The notes: a model not told the origin generated them from the sequence alone. Shown: positions 10,642 to 23,669, numbered from the whole stretch's first letter. The stretch: DNA of 63,628 nucleotides, filler included, from Octopus bimaculoides (GCF_001194135.2; 10 parts of 7 records of this genome joined end to end with filler, not necessarily neighbours in it); one strand, 5' to 3'. Numbers and translations: made by a program.

Positions 10642-12502
10642 TATATATTTGGAAAAATTACAAGTAATTCTTGACACGGCACTGATGTTTCAAGTTATAT
10701 TATTGTATTACAATGCAATATTTCTGTGTTTTATGCAAACTGGAGTTCATGTACTAAAAAACAAATTAAATATATAGTGAATATTCTTTTCTCTTTTCAG
10801 TAACACCATAATGGTTTCACACTAAAGTGTATCCTCAAATATCCTCAAGTATCTAGAAATACAGAAATACCGAGAATTCGCTGCAATTATATTCTTTAAA
10901 ATATAATGTAGTGAGAGAGAAATTCTCTTTAAATAAACTCTTATAGATTTTTCATAAGAGTGGCATAAAGTATATGTAAACGAAATAGTACATTTTTTCC
11001 GCTCATGCATCGTCCACATTGTTTTATCAAATTTAGCATATTAATGTTTAGTAGACACTTAAACATATGTACACACGTATAAATAATCCATTACTGTGAA
11101 GCACATCATCTCTGGCAAAACAGGTAATTACAAACAATATCTAAAAATTCTAAACGTATATACTAAAAGATAAGCAATTATGTGAAATTAGAACGAGATG
11201 CGTTGATTGTTATATAATGAACAAACACATAACATACTCCCCATCATTTAACCAGTTATATAACAGCGAAAATACAATTTGATTGCGGTGTTTCCAGGCC
11301 GTGACAATGGTGGACAGCCGTGGATTCAGGTAGCAGCGATTCCCTGGGTCCTAAATAGCCAGTGGGGTTATGAAAGAATAATAAGCCTAGAAGCAGTATA
11401 ATAACGCTGTAGTTAGTGTACATGAATGAAGACATATAGAGAATGTTATCATAATCGTCCAAAATGTGCCGATCGACCATGCGACATCAAGACCACGTGA
11501 GGCAGACACTAAGAAATTTATCGGCTAGTGAGTTTAAAACACCTCACCTCAATGAATCTATTCGATGTGTGTCATAAATAGTCCCGTATAGAAAAAAGTC
11601 CCGTGTGACGGGTTGCGGTTTAAACATCCAACTTAGAGGCATTACTTTTAAATATATAGGGCAGGGAATCGTTAATTAGTAATAAAATTAATAATTAGCA
11701 ATTTTGCCGAGTAGCTCAGTATGAAAAAACCTTTATCGGTAAAATCATTTATAATCATAAATATACAGGGATTAGCAGGAGCCTGCTTCTCCAACATACT
11801 GAGAATTCAGAAATAGCAGTCAAAGAACTACTGATTCCAAACTACAAATTTTTTCTCTAACGGATGGTCAAAATTCACACGAGTTATTAGACACTTGCAA
11901 ATTTATTCGAATATTGAGGCTGAAGATCGGAATAGGGAACTTCATACCCTTAACCTGAAACGTCGTACCCAATTAACTAAAGGCAGGTTTNNNNNNNNNN
12001 NNNNNNNNNNNNNNNNNNNNNNNNNNNNNNNNNNNNNNNNNNNNNNNNNNNNNNNNNNNNNNNNNNNNNNNNNNNNNNNNNNNNNNNNNNNNNNNNNNNN
12101 NNNNNNNNNNNNNNNNNNNNNNNNNNNNNNNNNNNNNNNNNNNNNNNNNNNNNNNNNNNNNNNNNNNNNNNNNNNNNNNNNNNNNNNNNNNNNNNNNNNN
12201 NNNNNNNNNNNNNNNNNNNNNNNNNNNNNNNNNNNNNNNNNNNNNNNNNNNNNNNNNNNNNNNNNNNNNNNNNNNNNNNNNNNNNNNNNNNNNNNNNNNN
12301 NNNNNNNNNNNNNNNNNNNNNNNNNNNNNNNNNNNNNNNNNNNNNNNNNNNNNNNNNNNNNNNNNNNNNNNNNNNNNNNNNNNNNNNNNNNNNNNNNNNN
12401 NNNNNNNNNNNNNNNNNNNNNNNNNNNNNNNNNNNNNNNNNNNNNNNNNNNNNNNNNNNNNNNNNNNNNNNNNNNNNNNNNNNNNNNNNNNNNNNNNNNN
12501 NN

Positions 12503-12541
<39 letters not shown>

Positions 12542-13403
12542 GTATATGTATATATATGTATTTATATGGATAGCCATATCTGAAATGCTACTGATTAGAC
12601 GTCTGCTGGCCTAGGGCTGATCCAGATCTTAGCGGGAACAACATCGAAACAAAAGCTAAAATATGAAAAAGCAAATGGAAACACAAGCATTACGGCAGCC
12701 ATATTTAAAAACATCTTTTAACTTAAGAAATAAATTGATTATGTCATTATATATAATTGGCTGAAACATAGTGTATGCGTCATATTTGGTTGGAGGATAT
12801 TTACTGCTAAGTTGACCTACGATATTTTATGTGATATTTTAGATGATTTTTAAAATCTCATTATCTCACCATGCTAAATTTCAATTAATTTAGGTAAATT
12901 TTTTCTGCGTACGTCATTTAGTACAACTCCACCTACCTGAAACCTATGTTTCACGCATCAAGATGTACATATACATCCATGATCTTGTTCAAACACAAAG
13001 ACGATTACATGCATCGGAATATCCCCCCACCACAATGCGCACACTTAGACACACTCAGGCGTACACACACACACACACACAGATATAGACATAAATATAT
13101 ATATGCATATACATACATATAAAATATCTATCTATCTATCTATCTATATATGTATATATATATATTTATCTATGTGCATATACATACATACAAAAACACA
13201 CACACACATACATATACATGTATATACATCCATACAGCAAAAAAATCCATCTAGATAAACGTTTATAAAAGAAGTTGCATTTCTTTCATAATCATAGATG
13301 TACGTGTATGTGTTTGTATGTGTAAGTATATACATGTGTGTGTCTGAGCGTGTGCGTGTATATCTGCACACATATATATGTACATATGTATATAAATATA
13401 TAT

Positions 13404-13435
<32 letters not shown>

Positions 13436-13604
13436 NNNNNNNNNNNNNNNNNNNNNNNNNNNNNNNNNNNNNNNNNNNNTTAATTAATTAANNNNNNNNN
13501 NNNNNNNNNNNNNNNNNNNNNNNNNNNNNNNNNNNTTGTTTTTCCATTCGTCACCATTTCTCCTTTTATGAGTTCGCACGGTCGTTCCTTACATATATAT
13601 ATAT

Positions 13605-13795
13605 AGGTTAAAAAAAAACACAAAAAAAACAACAAAGTGAGGACGTGATACGGATAGTGTTATTGGACGCTCGGGAAAGGAAGGGGAGAGAGTATGACGT
13701 TTCGGGCGGAGCCCTTCGTCGGAAAGACAGAAAGTTCAGAGAATGGAAAAACGGAGGAAGAGGAAAATGGCACCGATGCCCACGAGGTTACATTA
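13605..13795 (-). mobile_element. Penelope-type terminal repeat fragment with hammerhead-shaped motif
   Basis: Begins at a (TA)n run like the other copies; minus strand CTTT CCGACGA A GGGC TCC GCCC GAAAC GTC at 13692-13726. Confidence 0.55.
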
Positions 13796-14211
13796 TATAT
13801 ATATATAGAGAGAGAGTTTGGCTGCTCTTTCTGGCGAGTTAGATGTCCTATTATAGGCATCTCTGTATATATAGAATAGTGGTACAACAATGCACCAATA
13901 TTTATTGGAAATAGCAGTCGATAATATACAGTGGTATAGAAAAGCTTCAGTAACGTTAATTTGATTAGTTTCCCTCAGCTAGATTCACCAAGACAAAATT
14001 TCAAATGTTGCTACATCAGTGCCAGTATACTCGCCTGAACGCCTAGTTGTTAACAGAACTGAGAACAGTAAAAATGTTTTCAAAGAAAAAATTATTAAGT
14101 AGTGCAATACAATAGTATATTTTTTCTTTTTGTGTGTATATATATATATATATATATACCTATATCAAACAAGGTTGTGTGATTTAGAAGTTCGCTTCAC
14201 AAACGCGCTTG

Positions 14212-14410
14212 TTGGCAGAATCGTTAGCACGCCGTGCGAAAAGCTTAGCGGTATTTCGTCTGCCACAACAATCTGAGTTCAAATTCCATCGAGGTCGATT
14301 GTGTCTTAAATCCATTGAGGATCGATAAATTAAGTACCAGTGGAGTACTGGGGTTGATGTGATCGACTGTACCCCACCAAAAAAAATCCAAGCCTAGTGC
14401 TTATAGCAGA
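14212..14410 (+). mobile_element. SINE family B
   Basis: ggcagaatcgttagcacgccg...gagttcaaattcc...gtcgataaattaagtaccag. Confidence 0.8.
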
Positions 14411-16086
14411 AAGGATTGTTACGCTCACGTGAGGTGAGCTGATGAACTCTTCCCACCAAATGGTTTATAGAATGTTCTGGAACTTTTTGCTAGCATTATA
14501 TAAAAAGACAAGTAACTCTAAGAAGAGAGCTATCACATTCTTCCGAAGTTGTATAATTTTTACTATATGTTAGCTTCTCAATTATTCTACATTAAAATAT
14601 TAATAAAAACTGAAGATACCACACAGAGTTGTTCTTATTTTCTGAACTAAATTTGTCCTCGCTAATTTTGAATCATTTTCGTGTTATATATCACGATGTT
14701 GCAATGGCCAAACGTTCACTTGTTTGTTAATTCTCAAATGTTATTTATTCAACTGCTTTAAAAATGTATAATGTTCCTAGTTAAATAAACAGAATGAAAA
14801 ATTATACCCAATTTCGTGCGATTCCGTGGATTGAACACGCAGCATATAAATGTTATTTATGGTCAATTATTTATTAACATTATCACAAGTATACTTCATA
14901 TCATGCTGACTAAGCAATCTGGCAAAAAAAAAAACGGTGGCCTAAACATTAGGGGGCGATTTGTAAGACTAAACTCTTCAAGACGGAACACCAACATGAG
15001 CGGAGTCCAAAGGCTGAAACAAGTAAAACAATGAAATAGTGCAAACGTTTAAATGAATAAAATATAAAACTTTACACTGGAATTTTATATTGAGTACTAC
15101 ATGTAAAAGTAATCCAGTGCGATTGAACCGTTTTCAAATAAATACGTGTGTGCGCGAGCGTACATATATGTGGGGCAGAGAAAGTGGGTATATATGCACA
15201 TACACGCACACACACACACACATACATACATACATACATACATACATACATACATAATGAATGAGTAAGGAATAAGTAAGCGCATGGCAACGAGCGGGAA
15301 TGTGTGTGTATATATATATATGAAGGAGGTAGGGAGAGAGAGAGAGAGAGGGAGGGAGAGAGAGAGGGAGAGAGAGAGGAAGAGAGAGACGGAGAGAGAG
15401 AGGGAGAAGACTGCATATGAGCATATTGCGTGTAGGTAATGTGGTGCGTGGAAGTAGATTTATACGCAAATGTATCAATATATAAAGAATGTGCGTTGAT
15501 TGGTATAAATATAATTTAACACATATGTGTTAATTAACGAGTGTGTGTATGTGTGAGTTGTCTGTATTTTATGTAGACTTGTGGGGATTTAGTCAATAAG
15601 CATGTTCATATTAAATGTATGTCGTATGGAATGCAAAAAATGTACGTATGTCTATATATGTATGTATGTATGCATGTATGCATTTATGTATGTATGTATG
15701 TGTGTATGTATGTATGCATATGCATGCGTGCGTGTGGGTGTAAATATAATATGGTTTTATGTTTCAAATTTCTCACCGAAGGAGAACGAATTGGTTTCTA
15801 ACCAAGAAACAAGTCTTTCATTGGAAATTAAACAGTGTGTGTGTGTGTGTGCGTGCGCGCGCGGTTGGTTTCTGATCGTTCCAGCCTCTGATTGGCGCTG
15901 AAAAGTGGTTCAGTGTTGTACAACGTTTTATCCATTCGAAACAAATTCATACAGGAACTTCTTGGAGTCTCAGAACGTTTGCACAGATTTACTGAGTTTA
16001 GGAAGTGGTCTTACATGGTCACGAATTGACTTCTACCGTGTATACATGCACATATGTGTGGACGTATGTGTACGCATGCGTGAAGG

Positions 16087-16158
16087 TGCGTGGCTTAGTG
16101 GTTAGGGCATTCGGCTCACGATCGTAAAGTCGTGAGTTCGATTCCGGGCGACGCGTTG
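16087..16158 (+). mobile_element. tRNA-derived SINE family C head
   Basis: gcgtggcttagtggttagggc (A box)...gagttcgattcc (B box); nearly identical to 52626-52700. Confidence 0.8.
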
Positions 16159-16904
16159 NNNNNNNNNNNNNNNNNNNNNNNNNNNNNNNNNNNNNNNNNN
16201 NNTTAATTAATTAANNNNNNNNNNNNNNNNNNNNNNNNNNNNNNNNNNNNNNNNNNNNTAAGGTTAAAGAGAAGATTCCAGACAAAAAGTAATGAGCAGT
16301 GGAGCAAGTGAAGAAGACAGCATGCATATCAGAATGATACGAAGACAGGGGGAAACCTGGTGCCGATATGCGTCCCGAATTTTAAAAAACTTCTATGCAT
16401 TGATGTTGCAATTTCATGCAGTGTGTGAATGCACATTTATCCCCGAATAGACTTCTTTAAATGCAGACATGTTTTTTTTAAAAAAGACGTGATTAATATT
16501 CTGTCACCCATTAACAATGCTGTTTTTCACATCAACTTAAAAAAATAAAGAAAAATATAAAGCTTCAATAGTGCCAGTTTTTAGTTAGAACAATTGTAAC
16601 AAGTTCTATTGTGAGATGAAATTGTACAATCTACAACCGACTTTTATGAAATTGTTTCTTAATTAATATGAGACATCTGTCCTGTTTTCCTTCTTTAATT
16701 TCTTTTCATCTCATTTTTACCATTTTGCTCTAGTTTTATATATTTCATTCGAAACTTTCCTCAGTCTCCAGATTGTAGAAAATTTTAAGAGAAATATATA
16801 CGTATACAAAATGTCGTCTTAAAGTGTTGCTGGTTTATAAACTAAATAACGTACTAGACCACAAGCTTCTAATGATTTGAGATCGTGATGCAAATATTCT
16901 ATCC

Positions 16905-17100
16905 ATTGATATTGGCAGAAATTTGAGGGAAGAGGCGAGTCGATTACATCAACCTCTGTACTCAAATGGTACTTATTTTATCGACCCGAAAGGATGAAAG
17001 GCAGAATCGACCTCGGAGGAATTTGAGCGCAGAACGTAAAGACAGACGAAATGCCGCTAAGCATTTTGCTCGGCGTGTTAACGGTTCTGCCAACTCGCCA
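16905..17100 (-). mobile_element. SINE family B
   Basis: Reverse complement: tcgacccgaaaggatgaaaggcagaatcgacctcgg...gaaatgccgctaagcatttt. Confidence 0.8.
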
Positions 17101-17224
17101 CTGTGATTTTGCAACTTCATACAGTGTGTTAATGTATTTCGATTTCTAAGGAGCCTTTTTTTCTCTCAAATACTGGCATTAAAAAAAAATGTTTAATATT
17201 GTTGTCCATTAACAGTTGTGAATA

Positions 17225-17565
17225 CTGCTGAGACCCCCTTTAATCATGACTGACCATGGGATTGCACCTAGAAAGTTACCCTCCCAGGCACAAGTCCGGG
17301 CAAGGTTATTTATGGAAGACCAGCAGTCGCCCATGCATAGCGGCCTCCCCTATCCACGCCACCAGTGTTATCCAAGGGAAAGGCAAAGGCCGATACAGCT
17401 TGGTACCTGTGACGTCGCAACTCATTTCTACAGCTGAGTGAACTGGAGTAACGTGAAATAAAGTGTCTTGCTCAAGAACACAACACGCAGCCCGGTCCGG
17501 GATTCGAACTCACAGTCTCACGATCGTAAGATCGACGCTCTAACCACTGAGCCATGCACCTTCAC
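17225..17565 (-). mobile_element. SINE family C, near full length
   Basis: Reverse-complement tRNA-like head (gcatggctcagtggttag...gttcgaatccc) followed by ttgtgttcttgagcaagacact and body; related fragments at ~18320-18575 and ~28000. Confidence 0.8.
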
Positions 17566-17904
17566 AGTTGTGAATAAACGTAACACGAAACATTAGTTAT
17601 AACATGTTGCACCTGTTATACAATTTTATTCAACTGGCTCTTGTTGGCGCAGAACATCAGAAATTTCATAGAATTCTAATGAGCAAAAGCATTGGGTGAT
17701 AAGATGTGTATCTATCAAAACTTATAAAATACAATTGGTCTTGTGTCAAAGTTGAAAAAAAAAAAAATCATTTTGATGAATAATTTTGGTGGAGAGAAAC
17801 TATTGAAAAGTAAACGAAAACTTAAGAAACACAATCTATCTCTTTAATAAAATAAAGCAATGTGGCACTGAGAGACCTCATTGTCTTTTACAGTGTATTT
17901 TCTA

Positions 17905-18090
17905 CCAGTTTGAAATATTCTATCATTGATATAATGAATATGAACATTATTTGCATTGTTTACATTTGACGGATATTTGTCCTCATCTTGTTTGTTGTTA
18001 ACAGCACGTTTCGGCAGATATACTCTCCAGCCTTCATCAGGTGTCTTAGGGAAATTTCGAACCTGGGTTCTCATTCCTAAGGTATTTTTC
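17905..18090 (-). mobile_element. Penelope-type terminal repeat fragment with degenerate minimal hammerhead ribozyme
   Basis: Minus strand ACAC CTGATGA AGGCTG gagagtatat CTGCC GAAAC GTG CTGT (18001-18045): canonical CUGAUGA/GAAA core, mutated cleavage site. Confidence 0.65.
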
Positions 18091-19429
18091 AATGAGTGAG
18101 AGAGCAGTGCATGCCATCAAAGTGACACTGGGGTAAAATATACAAAACCCAACATACCTATCATGACTACCCGTCTGATAAGGGTACACCAGGCACATGC
18201 ATCACAACCATGTGTGCTNNNNNNNNNNNNNNNNNNNNNNNNNNNNNNNNNNNNNNNNNNNNTTAATTAATTAANNNNNNNNNNNNNNNNNNNNNNNNNN
18301 NNNNNNNNNNNNNNNNNNGAAAGGATCCCAATGTAGAAGCGGGACCAAACGTCCCCAGTAAATGACGGAAACTACTGCAGCAACGTTTGCAATTGACAAT
18401 TGATATGTTCCTTAACTCCTTAGGGGCACTGCAGCCATGCAGCGTATTTCGGGTGAGGAAGCCTGGCAAAGCCCGTCCCTCTCCAGGCTAAATTCATTTC
18501 AACAGCCGAGTGGACTTGAGCAACGTGAAACGAAGTGTTTGCTCAAGAACACAACCCATCGTGAGTCCACCCCCCCCCCAACCACCAAGCTATGCGCCTC
18601 CACCAATGTCTGCGAGCGGATTAGCAAATCCTGGATAAGTCTGAATCCCCCACATGCGACGGCCAGGCAAAATATCGAACTGAGAACATTGTGCTGCTGT
18701 TAATACTAACCTTATTAGAGAACAATGCATTTATATTCTACAAATACATATATAGTTTATCTGCCAACAGAATGTTGCTACTGTTTAGCCCCAGGAAAGA
18801 CATCTTTTCCAGCTGGCTACCGACACACAGCTTGAGTCCGTATAGTATGATCAAGGGAGTTTATTGCTCCCATCTCTAGTCTTCGTGATACTGACAGACC
18901 TAGGTTTCTGGATTGTTTCCCGTCTTCGGTGTGAAATAATCACAGGCCAGTGATGAGGGCTTCTTCGTCTTACTCATACTATATATTTTTTTAAAGTGGC
19001 ACACAGTTGTTGATCTCGTAAAGAGGAAAAACAACTGGTTTTAAATCTCTGAGCCAGAGATATGCAATAACAGTAGTGAACAGCAAAGTTTGTTTGCCAA
19101 CTGTAAAGTTTATTTGCAAATGCTATATACGGACAGAGACTGTGTGTCATTAGCCAGCTGGAAAAGATCTTTTCCTGGAGCTAAAACAACAGTAACATCG
19201 TCCTAAACAGGACTGCCACGTTATATAGCGAGAGAAGAATAGAGGGAGACAGATATACAGAGAGATACATACATACATACATACATACATACATACATAC
19301 ATACATACATACATACATACATACATACAGACAGACAGATAGATAAATTTAGAGAGGTAGATAAACAGAGAGGGAGAAAGACAGACAGAGACAGAGATAT
19401 TAACTGTTTGTTTTTCTTTTCTTTTACAG

Positions 19430-19565
19430 ATTTGCAACAAGATTTTATATACAGGCAGTTCAGACCACACATCACGCTCTTGGGTATCGGAATTTGCCGA
19501 ATGTACCCGAGTTTATCGCGGGCATAGACACACTGTGATCTGCATGAGGTTTCATGAAGGGTTAC
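19430..19565 (+). CDS. WDR86: WD40-repeat protein, WDR86-like: internal exon (136 nt, phase 0 to 1)
   Basis: Acceptor ttttcttttcttttacag, donor TTAC|gtgagt. Translates ICNKILYTGSSDHTSRSWVSEFAECTRVYRGHRHTVICMRFHEGL, a WD40 repeat resembling recalled human WDR86 LVNRLVYSGSADRTVKCWLADTGECVRTFTAHRRNVSALKYHAGT. Confidence 0.9.
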
Positions 19566-19598
19566 GTGAGTAAATTATAATTTCTTTATCATCTTTCT

Positions 19599-19646
<48 letters not shown>

Positions 19647-19666
19647 GTGGACATTTTATTTCTTTT

Positions 19667-19983
19667 AGTGGCTGTGTGGTAAGTAGCTTGCTTACCAACC
19701 ACATGGTTCCGGGTTCAGTCCCACTGCGTGGCATCTTGGGCAAGTGTCTTCTACTATAGCCTCGGGCCGACCAAAGCCTTGTGAGTGGATTTGGTAGACG
19801 GAAACTGAAAGAAGCCCGTCGTATATATGTATATATATATATATATATATGCGTGTGTGTATGTATGTGTTTGTGTGTCTGTGTTTGTCCCCCTAGCATT
19901 ACTTGACAACCGATGCTGGTGTGTTTATGTCCCCGTCACTTAGCGGTTCGGCAAAAGAGACCGATAGAATAAGTACTAGGCTT
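19667..19983 (+). mobile_element. SINE family A, near-consensus copy running into a gap
   Basis: A-box-like gtggctgtgtggtaag, B-box-like ggttcagtccc, body, internal (TA/TG)n and 3' domain. Confidence 0.9.
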
Positions 19984-20571
19984 NNNNNNNNNNNNNNNNN
20001 NNNNNNNNNNNNNNNNNNNNNNNNNNNNNNNNNNNNNNNNNNNNNNNNNNNNNNNNNNNNNNNNNNNNNNNNNNNNNNNNNNNNNNNNNNNNNNNNNNNN
20101 NNNNNNNNNNNNNNNNNNNNNNNNNNNNNNNNNNNNNNNNNNNNNNNNNNNNNNNNNNNNNNNNNNNNNNNNNNNNNNNNNNNNNNNNNNNNNNNNNNNN
20201 NNNNNNNNNNNNNNNNNNNNNNNNNNNNNNNNNNNNNNNNNNNNNNNNNNNNNNNNNNNNNNNNNNNNNNNNNNNNNNNNNNNNNNNNNNNNNNNNNNNN
20301 NNNNNNNNNNNNNNNNNNNNNNNNNNNNNNNNNNNNNNNNNNNNNNNNNNNNNNNNNNNNNNNNNNNNNNNNNNNNNNNNNNNNNNNNNNNNNNNNNNNN
20401 NNNNNNNNNNNNNNNNNNNNNNNNNNNNNNNNNNNNNNNNNNNNNNNNNNNNNNNNNNNNNNNNNNNNNNNNNNNNNNNNNNNNNNNNNNNNNNNNNNNN
20501 NNNNNNNNNNNNNNNNNNNNNNNNNNNNNNNNNNNNNNNNNNNNNNNNNNNNNNNNNNNNNNNNNNNNNAA

Positions 20572-20840
20572 CTTCGTTTTGGGATCACCACTACTTTATC
20601 ATCTCCCCTTCTTCCTAGCTCTCCTGTGTGACTCTTCTGTCCGGCATTCGCCATGATAGATCGCTAGCCACTACACATTCTTTTTTTCTATCCTTGTTTC
20701 TTTCTGTGTTCCTTTCTGTGGAAGAGCGTAGGCTCGAAACGTTAAAGACTTTTTTCACCTCCCAAGCGTTAAACTAATACATCTGTTTGTTGTCTACTCC
20801 ACCTGTCTTCGTCTTTTGTTTTTTTTTTTGTGAATTCTCT

Positions 20841-20850
<10 letters not shown>
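20572..20850 (+). mobile_element. Penelope-type terminal repeat with hammerhead-shaped motif
   Basis: CTTT CTGTGGA A GAGC GTAG GCTC GAAAC GTT AAAG at 20712-20747; ends ...ccct(ata)n; homologous to 61127-61330 and 31455-31590. Confidence 0.65.
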
Positions 20851-20875
<25 letters not shown>

Positions 20876-20997
20876 CCTACTCACCTAGTCAGCGGGGTGG
20901 CATCATTTGAAGGCTAAAACAATGCAAAGCGCTTTGTGACCAGCGATGTGTGACAATATCTGATTGCCTGGTTGATCACGTGATACACACACATATA

Positions 20998-21050
<53 letters not shown>

Positions 21051-21854
21051 ATACATATANNNNNNNNNNNNNNNNNNNNNNNNNNNNNNNNNNNNNNNNN
21101 NNNNNNNNNNNNNNNNNNNNNNNNNNNNNNNNNNNNNNNNNNNNNNNNNNNNNNNNNNNNNNNNNNNNNNNNNNNNNNNNNNNNNNNNNNNNNNNNNNNN
21201 NNNNNNNNNNNNNNNNNNNNNNNNNNNNNNNNNNNNNNNNNNNNNNNNNNNNNNNNNNNNNNNNNNNNNNNNNNNNNNNNNNNNNNNNNNNNNNNNNNNN
21301 NNNNNNNNNNNNNNNNNNTATATATGCATGTATATGTTCGTGTATATATGTGTGAGTGTCTGTGTTTGAGTGGTGGTGGTGGTGGTGTGTGTGTGTGTGT
21401 GTGTGTGTGATAATTCTTGATTGCTGATCTCTGATTAATGGCTTAGAACAATTCACGCATGATTTATTTCGGCCAAAGCTAGTCTCCCGCAGGGACTCAG
21501 CCAGTATTTAGAGTGGTAATTGCTTCACTTCTATATATTCCAAACACACTAAAAACTTACAGGTATCCTGCTTCCTATCAAAGTCCCCTAACCCGTAATC
21601 ACTTCATAACTTGCCCTACTTTCGCCAAGCTCTTAACACTTCCCTTTCTCATGTGCTCAAATTACCCCTAATTATTTCTCCGATTATCTTCCGAACTCTA
21701 ATCCTCATAAACTATCTCAAATGATTCATCGTTAGTCCCAATATTTTACTAATTTTCTTTAGTCAATACACGATAATCGCTTATAAGCCTTAAGCTTATA
21801 AAATATTATCACTTATAGAATTGTAAAACTCGGCACTGCTTATTATTTTCATAG

Positions 21855-22060
21855 TACGTGGGGTGCTAAAAGCTCCTGACTTTTGGTAAAAGAAAATACA
21901 GGAAGATCGGTTAATTATGATTTCATTCAACATATTCCCCCTCTCAGATTCACACACTTATTGTAGCGGTCCTTCAGTTTTTCTAAGCTCTGAAATAGAG
22001 CTCGGAAGATTGGGCCTCCAAGCAAACCTTTCACGATACCCTTAAAACCAAAACCTTTCC
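21855..22060 (-). mobile_element. Mariner 3' end fragment with TIR
   Basis: Minus translation ...LEKLKDRYNKCVNLRG-EYVE* is the mariner transposase C-terminus; TA|CGTGGGGTGCTAAAAG is the putative TIR. Confidence 0.65.
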
Positions 22061-22189
22061 AGCACCTTTCGTAAGTCTCTAAGATAATCAATTGATGTTG
22101 CGTCTCCTGTCGTTCCGAGACATTCAATGTGGGTTGAATCGTGATCCCTTTCTCTATTTGAAATATGGTCACCCTGCTGGAGTCGAACA

Positions 22190-22310
22190 GCACTGAAGCT
22201 GGTCGTAGAAAAGATCGGTTTGGGGACGCGACCGCCCATAATGCGACATACGTGACCAAGCCATCGCAAATGACGAACTGTGAGTGCTGTTAGATCTTGT
22301 CTCACTAAGA
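22190..22310 (-). mobile_element. RTE-clade LINE fragment
   Basis: HLRWLGHVCRIMGGRVPKPIF resembles the RTE C-terminal motif LRWLGHV.RM...RIPK. Confidence 0.6.
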
Positions 22311-22998
22311 ACTTCAGAAGTGGTAACCTTATCTTTCCATTTATCTTCCCTTGCTCAATATAGCCAAGTTTGTTCTCTGGTTGTCTTGGTTATAGGATCT
22401 GATGCTAATGACTGATATATTTAGTAGAGAAATAGGATCTTGTTCAAAACGGGGGCACCAGTTTTCATTTATGTTTTATGTAGTGTTTTTGGTACCGAAA
22501 GACTTTCAAACTTCGTATACTTATCTATTTTGTGTTATAGAACAGAAAAACATTTTTGTATTCGAATTTATTTCATGTAAAAAATTGTCTTATTTCGATA
22601 ATTTCTACTAATCACTGACGTCTATTCAGTTGAAAACAGTTAGTGCTGTAACGGTGTATATCGTATTAATCCCCTAACCCTAACCCTAAAACTAACCCCA
22701 TCGNNNNNNNNNNNNNNNNNNNNNNNNNNNNNNNNNNNNNNNNNNNNNNNNNNNNNNNNNNNNNNNNNNNNNNNNNNNNNNNNNNNNNNNNNNNNNNNNN
22801 NNNNNNNNNNNNNNNNNNNNNNNNNNNNNNNNNNNNNNNNNNNNNNNNNNNNNNNNNNNNNNNNNNNNNNNNNNNNNNNNNNNNNNNNNNNNGGCTAACA
22901 TCGATAGAAAGATGTGAGTTTAAATAATGAAGATAATTTGCGCATTGATAATTAGAAACTCGTTTTAATTGATTATCAGCTTAAAATTCAATTTCTCT

Positions 22999-23034
<36 letters not shown>

Positions 23035-23468
23035 CACGCACACACACACGGACACATACATACATGGGCAGACACAATGAACCGATGAAACCGCGAGATG
23101 TGTCAACACAGCCCCCACAGTGCGACAGGTCAAGACTTGTAAAACTTCCGTCTGCCTGACTCTACTAACGTCCTGTGGTTTAGTAAACAACCATCGTGAT
23201 GTCTTCTGTAAAATTCACCTTCCATTAAGGAACCTATTAATATTATTGTTTCGCTAATTACTTGTACATCCGTATATATATATATATATATATACATATA
23301 CATACATACATACATACATACATACATACATACATACATANNNNNNNNNNNNNNNNNNNNNNNNNNNNNNNNNNNNNNNNNNNNNNNNNNNNNNNNNNNN
23401 NNNNNNNNNNNNNNNNNNNNNNNNNNNNNNNNNNNNNNNNNNNNNNNNNNNNNNNNNNNNNNNNNNNN

Positions 23469-23507
<39 letters not shown>

Positions 23508-23511
23508 CATA

Positions 23512-23577
<66 letters not shown>

Positions 23578-23669
23578 CGTGTGTGTGTGTGTGTGTGTAT
23601 GTTTGTATGTACGCACACACACACACACACACATACACACACACATATATGTATGTATACGTATATACT

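Noticed and set aside
11256-11480. 74-aa minus ORF with a hydrophobic stretch
   Set aside because: No recognisable family motif or convincing splice sites.
16087-16158. tRNA-like sequence (also 52626-52700)
   Set aside because: The acceptor stem is incomplete and it continues into the SINE-C body; a SINE head, not a tRNA gene.
22672-22700. (TAACCC)n telomere-like motif
   Set aside because: Only 2-3 imperfect units next to a gap; such short runs are common inside dispersed repeats.
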